Positions 37,365 through 50,987 of a stretch of DNA of 64,000 nucleotides are shown here, one piece after another. The notes under the pieces were generated by a model that made no database searches, had not been told where the DNA came from, and saw nothing but the letters and a program-made list of their open reading frames with translations. Numbering within the stretch: the stretch's first letter is position 1; each line of letters begins with the position of its first letter. The position numbers and the translations under genes are program-made. The stretch covers positions 1,169,299 through 1,233,298 of the forward strand of contig NW_003314312.1 of the NCBI RefSeq assembly GCF_000143415.4, read 5' to 3'. This DNA is from Selaginella moellendorffii (lineage: Eukaryota; Plantae; Lycopodiophyta).

Positions 37365-40300
37365 TGACACGAACCACAGGAATATTCCAAGAATATTCTA
37401 TGGCTTGTGGGATTTAAGGCCATAATGCCTTAAGGGTTGGGAAGTTGGCCTAGGGTTTGCTCTCTTGTTCGTTTCATTGATATCAGAGTAGCACGTTCTT
37501 TTGGGGATGGTGGGTGAGCAAGACATTGATCCTGATAAGGAGTATGGCGTTAGTGATGATAGCTATGACAATGCGGAAGAGACTCTTGACGATGTCGTTG
37601 TGCGGCAAGGATGCCAGATTTCTAAAGTTCAGAGCGACATAAAGGAGGTTAAGGATTCTGTCAATCTCATTAAGGATTTCTTGCTTCGCATGGACCCTCA
37701 AGGGTTGAATCAATCTCATGTTTGTGATTACCATTGGTACGTCAAGCATGCCAAGGATTATGGTATCGTGGAATGGAAATCATCACCGGATGTTTGTGAT
37801 AGTCAAGAGGTTGATTCATAGTTGGAATTGTGGGAAAGTTGTTAGTCTTATAATCCTTGTGAGGATAAGGTGAAGATAGATTTTTTTGTAATGAAGCTTA
37901 CGGGCCATGCTTCTTTGTGGTGGAAGAACTACATCAAAGCTAATCCATAGCCGACTTCTTGGACAGATTTGATGAAGGTTTTCCGCACTTCGTTTGTTAA
38001 GAAGTTTGAAGAGGTTGATCTCGTGAACCAGTTGTTAGAGATCTAACAAGGGACTTTGTCTTTGGATGCGTATGCCCGCAAGTTCTGTGATCTTTGCCTT
38101 AGTCTCATAGGCACCTATAATGAGCTGCTAAAGGTGCAATGTTTTATCAAAGGATTGAGCTCGATGGATGTGCAGTAGAAGGTCAAGAAGGATTTTCTAG
38201 CAACATTGACTGATGCTATCACTAAGGCTCAAATCTTTTCGCCCAAACAGTCGGTCAACTCAGTCAACTCTAGTCAAAAGGATGGTCTCCGGGGTGGTCA
38301 ACGTGATGACCAACCCACCAATACATCCTCTTTAGGGAAGAAACAGCTGTTGTTTCGTTGTAGCTTGAAGAGTGGAGATGGCAATTAGGCAAAAAGACAT
38401 CAATTAAACTAACGAGAGAAGGACAAGGTGGAGGGCAATTGTTTTCGTTGTTACAAGGTTGGACATCATGGCAAGGATTGTCCTCTTGTGAAGGGATCAA
38501 AGAATGCTAAGGTGAATGTGGTGGAATCCATTGTGGATACAGCTCAAGCATCTGCTGTGGTGGCTCTTCCACACCCTATGGCAAAAATTCAAGAATCTAA
38601 GTCTCGAGTTCATATCAACTCTGTAGAGATTAATGGTTCTACATGCAATCAACTTGTGAAGGCCAAGGGGGACATTTAGGGTAATGCTGTTAGTATTCTT
38701 TTCGATCCAGGTGCTACACACAACTTTTTGAGCTCCAAGGTGGTGAAGAAACATGGTTTGCTTGTGGAAAAAGAGTTCAGTAATCTATAAGGTGGTTATG
38801 GCAGATGGACATAGCACTCGTGTTTATGGTGAATGGGCTCCGAGTGTTCCTTTGACGGTTTAGGGGATTCTTGACCATCCTTCGTTCCAGGTTATGGATC
38901 TTAGTCACACAGACGTTATTCTTGGGAAGGAATGGTTTTATGACAGGAAGCCAGGGATCGATTGGGAGCGTAATGTTCTACGTATCAAAGTTGGTGGCAC
39001 TAGAAAAGAGATTGTCGGGACAGACAATAGTGATACTCCATTGATTAACACTTTGGAGTTGGTGACATGCTCGCATGAGATAGCTAGGTCTTTTGTGGTG
39101 TACCCATTTCTTTCTAATATGATCATATCTGATTTGGAGTACGTTTGTGGGCATGAGGCTCAGGTGGATTCCATTCAGGAGGAGTTTCGTGATGTCTTTC
39201 TGGATGAGTTACTTGATGGTTTGCCTCCCGAACATGGAATTCAGCATGAGATTGACTTGGTTCTTGGAGTTACTCCTTTTCAGCGACAACCGACTTGTAC
39301 TAGTCCTGCTGAAGATGAGGAGATTAATAGGCAGCTTGCTGAATACCTTCGAAAAGGGTGGTTACGAATCAGCAAGTCTCCTTGGGCTGCTCCAGTGGTG
39401 ATGGTCAACAAGAAAGATGGTACATGGCGTCTCTGTGTGAACTACAAGGGATTAAATGATAGGACAGTGAAGAATATGTTCCCGATCCCTTGTATCGATG
39501 ATTTGCTCGATCATCTTTGTGGTGCTCGATATTTTTTGAAGATTGATTTGAGGCAAGGATATCATCAGATTTGTGTCAAGCCAGAGGATGTTCCGAAAAC
39601 TGTATTTTGGACAAGGACAAATCACTATGAGTTTTTAGTGATGCCATTTGGTTTGACAAATGCTCTTGCAACTTTTCAGAGATTGATGAATCAAGTTCTA
39701 CAACCTTACTTGGGAAAGTTTGCAATTGATTATTTTGATGATATCTTAGTATTCAGCTCTTCCGTGGAGGAACATGAGATGCATGTGCAAAGTGTTTTAC
39801 AACTTTTGAGGGACAACAAGCTCTACTCGAAGTTATCCAAGTGTGAATTTTTTTAGAAGAGATTGGATATCTTGGGCATTTGATTTCAGTACATGGAGTG
39901 AGAGCTGATCCCACAAAGATTTAGGCCGTGGTTGATTGGCCTATACCTTCAACAGTGCATGATCTCCGTAGTTTCCTTGGTATGGCTGGAGTTTTTCGAC
40001 GATTTGTGAAGGACTTTTCTAGCAGCCCCTTTAACTGATCTTTTCTAGAACATGTCAAAACATGCTACTATTCATGGTTGGGATGAGAAGTGTGAAGTGG
40101 CATTTCAACGTTTGAAGCAATGTTTTATTTTTGCTCTGGTGTTGAAGATTTTTGATCTTGAAAAGCCTCTTGTGGTCGAGACAGATGCAAGTGACATTGC
40201 TATTGGAGCCGTATTGCTTCAAGTTGGGCATCCTCTTGCATACATGAGCTATAATTTTGATGCCACACAGCGGAATTGACCTATTCGAGACAAGGAGTTG

Positions 40301-40797
40301 TATGTTGTGATTGCTACTGTGAAGGAATGGCGACATTATCTATATGGATCAGACTTCCATGTGGATTCAGACCATTAGTCTCTCCAATATTTTAGTATTC
40401 AAAAGGATCTTCGAGGCCGCCTTGCTCGTTGGCAAGAGTTCCTACAGGAAATGTCTGTTAAGATCCGGTACAAGCATGAGGTGACAATAAGGTGGCTGAT
40501 GCATTATCTAGGATGGTAAATTCTATCTTGTTCGTGAAGTTATCCAGCGATCTCTTGGATGAGCTTAAGGAGTTTGCTGACTTTGACTCCTTTATCACTG
40601 ATATTCGGACGAAGGTTTTGTTGAGGGACGCCTCTACAAATTTAAAGGGTGACAAGTTTGCATCATTCGAGATACGAGATGGAATCTTGGTGAAGAAGGG
40701 ACGTGTAGTGGTTCCTTGTGTTGATAAACTCATCAAATGGATTTTGGTTGAGTGTCATGATGTGCCAAGTGCTGGGCATCCAGGGGTATTGCGAACG
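37365..40797 (+). mobile_element. Family A gypsy, most complete copy (5' LTR, gag with CCHC, PR, RT, RNase H, 5' part of IN), truncated
   Basis: LTR TGACACGAACC...GTTTCA (~37365-37476), degenerate PBS; CFRCYKVGHHGKDC; FDPGATHNF; YFDDIL; TDASD; breaks after GHPGVLRT. Confidence 0.9.
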
Positions 40798-40945
40798 CCA
40801 CATTCCTGAGTCTTGCCAGATTCCTGACCTGCAAACCACATTCCTGACTCTTGAGACACTTCCCTATTCCTGACTCTCGAGACACTTCCCTATTCCTGAC
40901 TCTCTAATTTCCCGTATGATTCCTGAGTCTCAAGCCACATTCCTG
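40798..40945 (+). repeat. Short tandem repeats (ATTCCTGA-based units) in the putative LTR
   Basis: About seven copies of attcctga, two followed by (c/t)gagacacttccct. Confidence 0.7.
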
Positions 40946-43810
40946 ATGATGACGTGGCACCTCCTCGACCTCAACTATATTTAGGCCGTCTTCGATCCAA
41001 GAGTGGTGGAGTTTTATCAACCTATAGTATATATAGGTTAGCCTTGTTCCATTTCTCCATAATCTGAATCAACACCAGTCTAAGGCCTTTTATTCGTTTC
41101 CACTAGCTTTTCTCTTTGTCTTCTACATTTTTCAGTCTTGATCTTGTTGGGGGTCTTGACAATTTGATTTAGATTGTGTTTTTTTATTTTTGTTTTAGCT
41201 CGTTTTGATTGTTTGACTACCTTTGCCTTTTTCCCCCTTTTTCTTTCTTCTTTGTCGATGGAGTCTCCAAGCCATCCTGATTTCTTTGCCGAAGTCCTTG
41301 CAAAAATCCAGTTTGAGAATACCGAGCTGAAGGCGACCCTTCTTCACATGCAGTAGGGGCTTACTTCACTTTCGGCTCAAGGATCTGGCAAAGTTCCTGA
41401 ACCAAAGGTGAGTTTCCCGGTGAAATTTTTAGGCAAGCGTTTGGAGCTTTGCGGATTCCTGAACCAGATGGAGCTGATCTTCGCACTTCAACATCGGTGG
41501 TACCCCACTCCCGAGTCTCAAATCGGCACGATCGGGATGTTGCTCGAAGGTGTAGCTTTGTCATGGTTTTCTCTTCTCCTAGAGAAGAGCATGAAAGGGG
41601 TCGTGGTTCCGGAGCTGATGGATCTTCAGTTGTTCAAAGAGAAGCTCGAAGCATGTTTTGGCGAGATAGATCGAGTTTGGGCTGCCACCACAAAGATGAG
41701 ACGTCTCTCTTAGGGGTCTCGTCTTGCCTCAATCTATGCTGCAGAGTTCCAACTCCTTGCCTTGAACACTCAGTGGGATGAGCGGGCCCTGATTGATCAA
41801 TTTCGTTTCGGCCTCAACAACGGTGTCAAGGATTTGTTGCTCACTATGGAGGATCCCACGAACTTGTTGGATGCCATCAAAAAAGCTGTTCGATGCGATA
41901 ATAGTCTCTTTGAACATCGTTAGGAAAGTCGCCATGCAGCCGTTTTCCCGTCCCAGACTCAGGAATCCCAGCTTGAGTCTTCCGGGCATACTCCTGAACC
42001 TACTACTCCGGTCCCGATGGATATTTCTGGTACTCCCCAACTCATCAAAGGGAAGTTGAGTCCTGCTGAGAAGCAATGTTGAATATCTCATATTCTTTGC
42101 CTCTACTGTGTTGATCCTAATCACAAAGCAGCTGTGAGTCCGAAGAAGCCTCCCCGACTACTCGAGTTCACTCTGCCTCAAGGTCCACCTCTATTGCAGT
42201 CAGGAAACGACCCTGTCCAAACAAAGTAGGAGCTGTTTGTTTGGACTCCCCAAATAAAAATCACTTTTCTTCTTTATCAAGCTCCTCACCACCTTTCATC
42301 AAAGCCACCACCAATTCCCGCAACTTTCACATCCCATGTCTCCTTTCTTTCAACAGACAATCAAGACTCAAGGCTCTGGCGCTACTGGACTCGAGTGCAA
42401 CTTCCTGCTTCATGGACACGGACTTTGCTGCCCGACATCACGTTCCTCTTTCTCCTACCATATGGGATTTGAGGGTTGAAGGCATCAGCGGGCATTTTGT
42501 GTCTCCATCTTCTGGACTTAGGGAAACGTTGCCCGTTCGAGTACACATCGGGTCCACCGTCACCGATATCACCTTCAACATCATCAACAACAAGTCCTCC
42601 TCTGTGGTGCTCGGCCTTCCTTGGTTCCAACTACACCAGCCTCAGATCTGTTGGAAGGAATTACAGCTCGTCTCTCCCACGTCACCATCTCCCATGGCTT
42701 CCCCTACTGTTCATTGAGCCCGAATCAGGAAAGTTCCCTAAACTCAAATCGGGGTTCTGTTCTTGACTTTACGAAGTTTTCACCCTCTTCTTTTCCCTCT
42801 CTTCCATCTTACACTGGATAGTATCCTCATCCCATCATTCCATTTAGTCGTACGCCTCCTCCTATCTCTACAATCACTATGAAAGAACTCCTTCATGAAG
42901 AACTTATTTTCCTTTTTGCTTTGCATGTTTCTCCTGTCAGTCTTCCTGAGAAGTATCATGATTTTGGGGATGTGTTTGACAAGAAAAAAGCTAGTGTATT
43001 GCCTATTCATCGGCCTTATGACTATCCCATTGATTTACAGGAAGGAGCATCACCTATGTGGGGGCCTATCTATAGGTTATCCCTGTTTGAGCTTAAGGCC
43101 CTCAAAGAGTACGTGGATGAGAACCTTGCCTCGGGGTATATTCAGCATTCGCAGTCCCCAGCTAGAGTGCCTGTCTTCTTTGTCAAGAAGAAGGATGGGA
43201 GTTTGCGGTTAGTCATTGACTACCTCAATTTGAACAAGGTGACTGTTCGGAACCATTATCCACTGCCCCTAATCTCGGACCTGTTGGAACGCCTCGGTGG
43301 TGCCCACTTCTTCACAAAGATTGACCTCTGTGGAGCATACAACTTGATCCGGATCCAGCCTGGTGATGAATGGAAGATTGCGTTCCAAACCCGCTATAGC
43401 CACTTCAAGTACACTGTCATGCCATTTGGCTTGACAAATGCACCAGCAGTTTTCCAACACATGGCAAATGACGTCTTTTGGGAGTTTCTTGATCAGATGG
43501 TGATCGTCTACTTTGACGACATCCTCATCTACTCAAAAACTCAGGAGGAGCATGACGAGCATGTGCACAAGGTGTTGGCGAAGCTGCGGGAACACAGCCT
43601 ATACGTGAAGCTTGAGAAATGTTTTTTCGATCAAGAGTCTGTGGATTGTCACTCATGAGGGTATCATGATGGATCCTGCCAAAGTCAAGACTATTCTCGA
43701 ATAGGAGCCTCCACAATCAATGTCGAATGTTCAGGCTTTCCTTGGCTTCGCCAACTTCTATTGCAAATTCATTGATCCTTTCTTCATCGAGGCTGACACC
43801 TCCGACTTTG
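40798..43810 (+). mobile_element. Second gypsy family (Tcn1/sushi-like), degenerate; RNase H remnant resumes at ~52182-52205
   Basis: gag KFLGKRLELCGFLNQMELIF; PR ALLDSSATSCF; RT HRPYDYPIDL...GDEWKIAF...YFDDIL; EADTSDF|AIGA split by the MULE. Confidence 0.85.
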
Positions 43811-43959
43811 GAGCCCGGGTAGGTTTTGAGCTCATGAGCTCACGAGCTGAGCTCACGGCTTCTTAAACACAAGAAAAACATTGGTTCGTCCCGAACCATC
43901 TTTTTATTTTTCAAATTTTGATTTAATCTATATTTCCAAGTAAATTCAACCAATAAAAT

Positions 43960-46900
43960 ACAAATATAAATATAGATCCGAACAGTAAAAGCAATCAAAA
44001 AACACTTCTCAAGCTCTGCAGCTGTAAGGCTTACCTGGTGGATGTGATGGTCAATCTTAGGATCTTGGTTTAGTTCCTGCATAAAAATGTAATAGATGTG
44101 CTTGCAAGCTAAATATACCTTTCCCCTGTTCTCCCGCTGTGTAAAATCTGGATAGGTACATGATGGATTTTTGCAGATTTTGACAGTGTAGCTCATACCC
44201 TTTGACGACTCAGTCATAATAACAAACTCCTTAGCCACAGCACTGATGTATTTTGTCTTTGTGATTGTGCACTTCAGCTCTTGATCTTTACTTGTGCACC
44301 TTTTGAAATGGAAGACCTATATTGTACAGCCTTCCCATTCCTAGCTGGTCGTGTATGCCAATCTAGTGTTCATATTGGTGGCATAGCAGTACTAACAGCA
44401 ACATTTAAGGAAGTCTTTAGCTTGAAACCTGCTCTCTCCAGACTTTCAATCTCTTCTTTCAAAAGATTGCAGCTTCACTCAACTAGCCACTCCTCTGGCA
44501 CAGAATCTAGCTTCAAAATAATTGAGCTGTGGATCTGGCTTGTATGAGTAACATCAATTCCACAACAGTAAATCCAGCTTGACTGGTGGCCCTTCACTCC
44601 TAGATCTCGACAGCTCCAGAAACACGGCACTACTGAAGAATTTGAACCTGAGCGCACAAATACGAGACACTGACCTCGACTCCCAATCATTCCAGAGCAA
44701 CGTGCATTGCTCTTGGCACTGATTTTTCGAATTGCCTAGCTAATATGAGAAACTGGCTCATGAGAAATAACCTTTTCAACCTCTGGCATTGGACTTACTT
44801 GTGTAACAATTGGCACCTCCTCCACTCCATGTTCCTTAGTTCTTTTTTGGTGTCATGGAACAAAATGGTAGTCAAACTCTAGATGGTGAGAGCTAGAAGG
44901 AGTGATGTTTGGCCCATTAAATGTCTGTCGACACTTCATACGGGCTGTTCTCATGTCCCCGAGTGGTTCATAACTTGATTTCATAGGAGTTCCAGTAACA
45001 ACTTCCTCCACCATCTTAGATATTGACCCTATTGCTGGTGTTGTCCTTCTACCAACCTGCTCTCGAAGCCTGTCTAAGTTCGGATTTGTACCAGCAAACC
45101 TTGCTTCCTATGCAGCCAAAGCTTTTGATGACTGCTCAAGAGATATAGTGAGGTTGGAGAGTGTAGCTTTATAAAGGGACACTTTTCCTTTCCCTACTTC
45201 AGAAGCTCTCCAACGCCAATGTTTGCTCTCAGAGAGATTAATTGTTGGTGTAAGCGCCATGTCATCAAGTGGTTGATCCTACGAAAAATGCAACATTTGA
45301 AAGTGACAAAAAAAGAACATGAGAGAAAGCTTACATGGAGAGTATAATGACCCCACTGAAACATTCGAACTTCCCACCATACAAGCCAGCATTCCAGCAA
45401 GGTTTTCAATAGGCACTTTGTCTCCTTCATGCCACCATATGTGCATCTCATTTGCCTTTGCCTCGTGCTCCTCTTTAGTTGGTGCATCCATTCATTCCCG
45501 ACAAAGTTGCTTGAACTTGTGATGGAAGTTAGATTTGATGCATCGGCAATGTTTGTTGACACTCTTTGCCCAATGAAACTCACAACTCTTCTCTCTACCT
45601 TGTAATAGTTGAATTTTATCACCTCCAAATACTTGTCATACAGCCAACCAGTTAGCACTAGTAGCATCTACCATGAAACCACGGAAGTTGGGTTTCTTCC
45701 CGATTCACTGTTCAACAACTTTAGACATACATGTCCAAAAGATGGTTTGTGCTTGAAAATCTTGAACGTTGAATTCGGCTATAGCTATAGTCAAGTTGCA
45801 CTACAATCTATAGAAGGAATGGTTATAATGTAAATTGGTATGGAATCCTTAAAAAATGAATAACCACTTACTTGTGATCATAAACATGAGCTCCTATAGT
45901 TGACCAGCCTGAAATTCATTCCATATGATCGAAATGGATCCAAGAATTAACCAAGTCCCCATCTCCATCTATATCCATTCGTTGTACAAGGTCCACACCA
46001 GAAGCAGGACCAAGGGTAGACATCTTAAAGATGAAAGGGTGTTGATTGTTCAAAGTCACTTGGCTAATGAACAAGCTCCTATGAATAAACTCATAGGGAC
46101 ATTTTCTCTTTAGCTCCAAAATCCCATCTAATCCAGATTGAAGCTTTCCATCTCGCCCTTCTCGCATCCACTTCTTTATTCTACCAAAACAAATAGTGTT
46201 ATTAGTGATAAAGTAGAGTTAAGTACTAATTTTATACCTATTTAAATTTGTCACGGGTTCTATATTTCGAAGTAGGTCCTTCAAGTTATTCTCCGTGAAC
46301 TCTTTTTTGCTATCAAATTGTAGCAACATGTCCACCACATAGTCCTTTAGTACAGACTATTGAACACACTTTGGAGTTGCAGCACTTTTCTTCCCAGCCT
46401 CTATAATAATAGCAGCCTTCAAATTGCAAAAAGAATCACGGTGGATTCCTTCCTCTATTGCATGTTGGTGGTATCCAACATGCACTGCTGCTCTGCCTAA
46501 ACATCCATCCCGTGGAAGAAAATAATACATTTTCGCATCACAACATGCTTGACACACAGGTGTTGCCCCGCATTTGTGACATTTAAACCCTGTAGCAACC
46601 TCATCACACTTAGGGGGATTGATCGCTGAGCCTTCAAAGAAACACATATTCTTGCCATGATCAGAAATGCATTTCTCACCGACACACTGAAGCTGTCCAC
46701 CACAATGGACTATGGACATAGATTTGTCGAAATGAGAGAAGTGGGTTGCCTTTACTCTGCACCAATTATGTGGATCAAGATGCGTCTCCATACCCCTTTT
46801 CCTACTTGATGAACTGGCCAGTGAAAACTCAAAGAATATATTCCCATTATAAAAAGAAGGAAGCTCCTCACCTCTCATGTACTAGAACTCCAATTCCAAC

Positions 46901-47351
46901 CGTAATGATCAAGATTGCTGAAATGCCTTATCCACCGCTTCAAAAACTGGTCCAGAAGGAACACACCTACTTGTCTGGGAAGCTCATCTTCTTCATTTTC
47001 GTCACTGGAGAGAATAATAACTTCATCCTTCACTCCTTGCATAGTTGGTTGTGAAACTGATGTGCTTTCCTCTCCTCACTTCGAAGATCCTGTAATTAGA
47101 ATCTCCTGACCTGTACATCTATCAAGATCCCATTGAATCCTATTCTCTCCCACACCATTGTCGAGAAGAATGGATTTTTCTATTTGATTACCCTTATCAC
47201 GACATACATTCTCCAAACTAACTAATCCCGGCTTCAGCTTGAATCTTCTGCAGAGGAAGCTCTCTCCTATAACACTCTTAGAAAAAACAATTGGAGGCTC
47301 TTGATCAAACTTCAAATAGAATTCTCTCATATCTTCTCCTTGCTCGAGCAC
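43960..47351 (-). pseudogene. MULE transposase with Cys/His-rich N-terminal domain and C-terminal SWIM finger; introns, stops and frameshifts
   Basis: CDAKMYY...HVGYHQH (WRKY/GCM1-like); WIHFDH (D1); GFMVDATSANWLAV...CEFHW (D2 + CxxH); TINLSESKH (E); YTVKICKNPSCTYPDF...CKHIYYI (SWIM). Confidence 0.82.
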
Positions 47352-48834
47352 TTAGAAAAATTTTGGGGAAAAACTGACAAGAAAGAACAAAGATATTCTT
47401 CTGTATTGTGAGCATTAATTAGCTATGTCCTTGTAAAGGACAAGTTAATTATTTTAACAAATTATATAACCGTTTAGAATCTAGAGAGATATGAGAATCT
47501 TAAAGGGCCACCCATATTAATTGTATAATTGATTGTGAGAGGAATAATATTGTTGAAATGAATGTGGTTATGAGTGAGAAGCGCCAGTCAATCACAAAAG
47601 TTGTAGCATTGATTGCTTGTTCTCCCTCTCATCTCCATGCTCTCTTCCCTTCAAAAGAGTTTCATTCTTTTGTGACAAGTGAAAGAGAGTCAAGCTCGGA
47701 AAGGTTGGTTCGTGGGCGCTTCTCACTCATAACCACATTCATTTCAACAATATTATTCCTTTCACAATCAATTATACATATCTTAATATCTAAAGCATTG
47801 AATGATTGTGTCCATTGATCGCCATCAAAGAGAATGAAAATCATGGCCATTGATCATGACTATTGATCGCATCTGTTAATTTTTAGGGTTTTACGCCTAG
47901 GGTTTGAGTAGCAAAGGGTGAGAGAAAGGTGCACTTGAGCAGAGAAGGGTGAGAGAAAGGAGCTTCAACCTAGCAATGTGCTTCAAGACGCTCCTCAAAC
48001 AAGGTATGCTTCCTTGAGAAGGTCAGTTTGCATGTGAACCAATGTCTCCTCACTTTTTTTCTTCCATGAGAAATTTTCTGTTTTCTCGACTTTTGTTTTC
48101 TCTTGAGGGATAGAGATGTCGGTTCTTGTGTGAACCGACATCTCTTAGAATTCTATTTCATTTTCTGTTTAGCGTTTTGCCCATCTCTACCTCATTTTTT
48201 AAATTTTTTTTCCTTGTTGAAGGGGTGGGAAAGATCAGTTCGTGCACGAACCGATGTCTCCCGACCTTCATTTTTTTTAGAAGCGAGCTTTCTTGGTTTT
48301 TTTCATGTTTCTAGTGGTGAGATCTCTATATTTTAGAAAACAGAGACAGATAGAAATGTCGATTCTTATGCGAACCGACATCTTCAAGTTTCTTTTTTTA
48401 TTTCATTGACTTGATAGGGCATTTCATGTGAAAATTAGAGGGTGGAAGATGTTGATTCTTGTGTGAACTGACCTCTCCCATATTCTTGTTGTGTTTTTCC
48501 TTTTTCTCGAGAGGTAGGGTGAGGTTGGTTATCACACGAACCAACCTCTCCTAGTGACCTGTGTTTTTTTCCTTTGCATTTCTTGTAGTTTACAATCTAT
48601 TTTTCATATCTTTTACTTACAAACTTTTCTTGTGAGAGCAGATATAAATCAAGCTTGACTGCCTAAAACTTCCAACAAGGGACTTGAACTTAAAATGCCA
48701 CAAGTTTGCTTTACATTGCAAGTTAGATGTTATAATATTTTTGCTTTTTATTTTAGAGGAAGCGCCGAGGCCAGCCTCAATGGTCTCGGTCTCTAGGAAA
48801 AGGCAACTGCCTTGATCGCTATGGGCTTGGCCAA

Positions 48835-49761
48835 TTGAGTGGAAATTCATCTCAAGTATCCAATGAAGTTTCTGCTAGTCATGCTGGAGGCAACGATGAG
48901 CATAACAACAACGTGGATGTTGAGATGAACACTCAAATCGATGTTGGTGTTATTGAGGTTGTTGGTACTGGTGCTCCTGAGGCTGCAGCTACTTGTGGTG
49001 GGGTACTTGCGTCTGATGTTGGTGGTGGTGGGGGTGCTATGCCTTCGGTTGCTCACAGTGAGGTAGATGAACCAGATGAGGAGGTTATTAGTAGTGTTGT
49101 AAGTGGATCTACTGCAGAGGCTACTGGGGGCATGGTAACTGCTCCTACTACTCCTCAGGCTGGTGGTGCAGGGGGAGCTAGTAGTGGTGAGGGATTATGT
49201 ATGCATGATTCTGACACCATCTTGAATGATCGTGTTTGGGACACAATTGTCCAAGCTCAAGAACGGACAGTCAGTAAAGTGTTATAAGAAATGGCATGGA
49301 ATGGCCCTCATCGATTTCTAGTTCCTTTGTGCCAGTTGGTTAAAAGCCATTGGGTGCGCTCAGCTTACGACCTCATGGCTATCTACAGCTTGTTTGCCGA
49401 GGTCGGGTTTGGGAGCACAGCTGGTACCTTCATCGTTTCACCAACTTTCCTTGGAACCGGCCGGACAGAGTTAGTGACTACTGAACTTGAGGAAAAATGG
49501 GATCCTATATGGCTACGAAAGTCTCATGAGTTTGATGGATTCTTAGAACAATATGTGGAGACAGCAGGGTTCATTGGAAAGCTCTTTTGGGTGATCGATG
49601 GAAACCATAGGTGGCTAGCATTTTGGAAGTGCATTCAAGAAAAGTTCCGAGATGATGAAGAACGACACATTAGTGTTCCAGTCACACTTGTTGAACCAAT
49701 GACTTGGGAGCACACTGTGAAGCTCATGCATTATATGGATTACACGCAGCTTTTATGTTGA
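48835..49761 (+). pseudogene. Cargo 5' part: acidic/Gly-rich region plus ParB/sulfiredoxin-like domain
   Basis: Two same-frame ORFs separated by one TAA (49285-49287); FWVIDGNHRWLAF...ISVPVTLV matches the ParB/Srx hhDG(N/H)HR signature. Confidence 0.6.
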
Positions 49762-49813
49762 TAGTCGGGAGCTCTACATGCTTGATTGGTGAATCCATGG
49801 TCTGGGTCAGCTC

Positions 49814-50974
49814 TGTAGCACACGTGGTTTTGACCCTTTATCCTATAGTGATTTACTGTAGGATAACACCACGAAGCGAAACCTAAACCCTCTTTATGCC
49901 ATGTGATATATGCCACGTGTCATATGCCATGTGTCTAAAGGACAGTGGTGTGGAACCCAAGGTTCAAAGCCTTGGGCCACTAAACGAAGGAACGGTGCCA
50001 AACTCCCAAGCATGGAGCCAAGGGCTGATAGAGCCGAACCACGGAGCAACCCCCAAGCATACAGCCCAAGGAGCGAAGGGACAGGAGCCGGGAACGACTT
50101 GGAACAGTCCTAAAGCAACCAGCATCCCATTGCCAGAACTAGCATGTAAAACGGAGCCAAACGGGGTCTGACGCTATTTCGGCATACCGGTGGCCTAACG
50201 CAAGGATATGGGTACCCCACCAACTAATATGGTGTGGAGCTTGGGCTAGTACACAACCGGGGCCCCCAAAAAGGAAAACCATCCAAGGGGGGGTTGGATT
50301 TTCCCCCGGGTAATTAACCCATCCCCGCCTTCCCCCTTTTCCTTTTTAAACCTTGGGAAAACCCAAAAGGCCCCCCCCCCCCCCCCCCCCCCCCTTGAGG
50401 AACACAGGCTTTGGGCTTTCACCCTAAGCCTACCCTTAGTACCGGGAGTTAGTCTCTGGGACAAGCTCGAAACTTACTAAATATGGAATGGCACTAGATT
50501 GCAAATTTGGACATGGGACAAACACCATTGTGTTCAGGCTGATCTCTACATTCCGTAGATATGCCAAATGAGCAAATCTGGACACTTTCCATAAATAGCA
50601 TTTGGGACCGAAATGAGACTAACACAAAGGGCATGATAGTGAGGGTGTTTGGCAGACACGGTAAGCTATCATGTAGTGATATTGAGGGACTAATCTCAAT
50701 ACACGAGGGTTCTTGTCACTAGCAAGTGCAAGACAAAACGAGACGGGAACTCCTTACCAGGCTAAGTATGCTTAGCTAATAACACGTAGGAATTCCGTCC
50801 TTATGCTCGTCCGGTCTAAGTACACTCGACATGCCCAGTTAACTCCACTAGCACAAGAGGGACTAATAAAGGGTCTAGCAATACCGACCTCCTGCCATCA
50901 TGGCAGTAAGGTAAGCGTGTCTGTAAGGACTGGCCGATAGGTAACTTTCAATACCTGAAGTCACATTCGCGATA
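49814..50974 (-). repeat. Family B LTR inserted in the MULE cargo locus; no matching TSD
   Basis: TGTAGCACAC...GCGATA; homologous to 17023-18182; poly-C at ~50371-50394. Confidence 0.85.
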
Positions 50975-50987
50975 CTCTCCCCCCCTA

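Noticed and set aside
48020-48550. CRISPR-like repeat-spacer array
   Set aside because: Repeats are degenerate and irregularly spaced, the context is eukaryotic and there are no cas genes.
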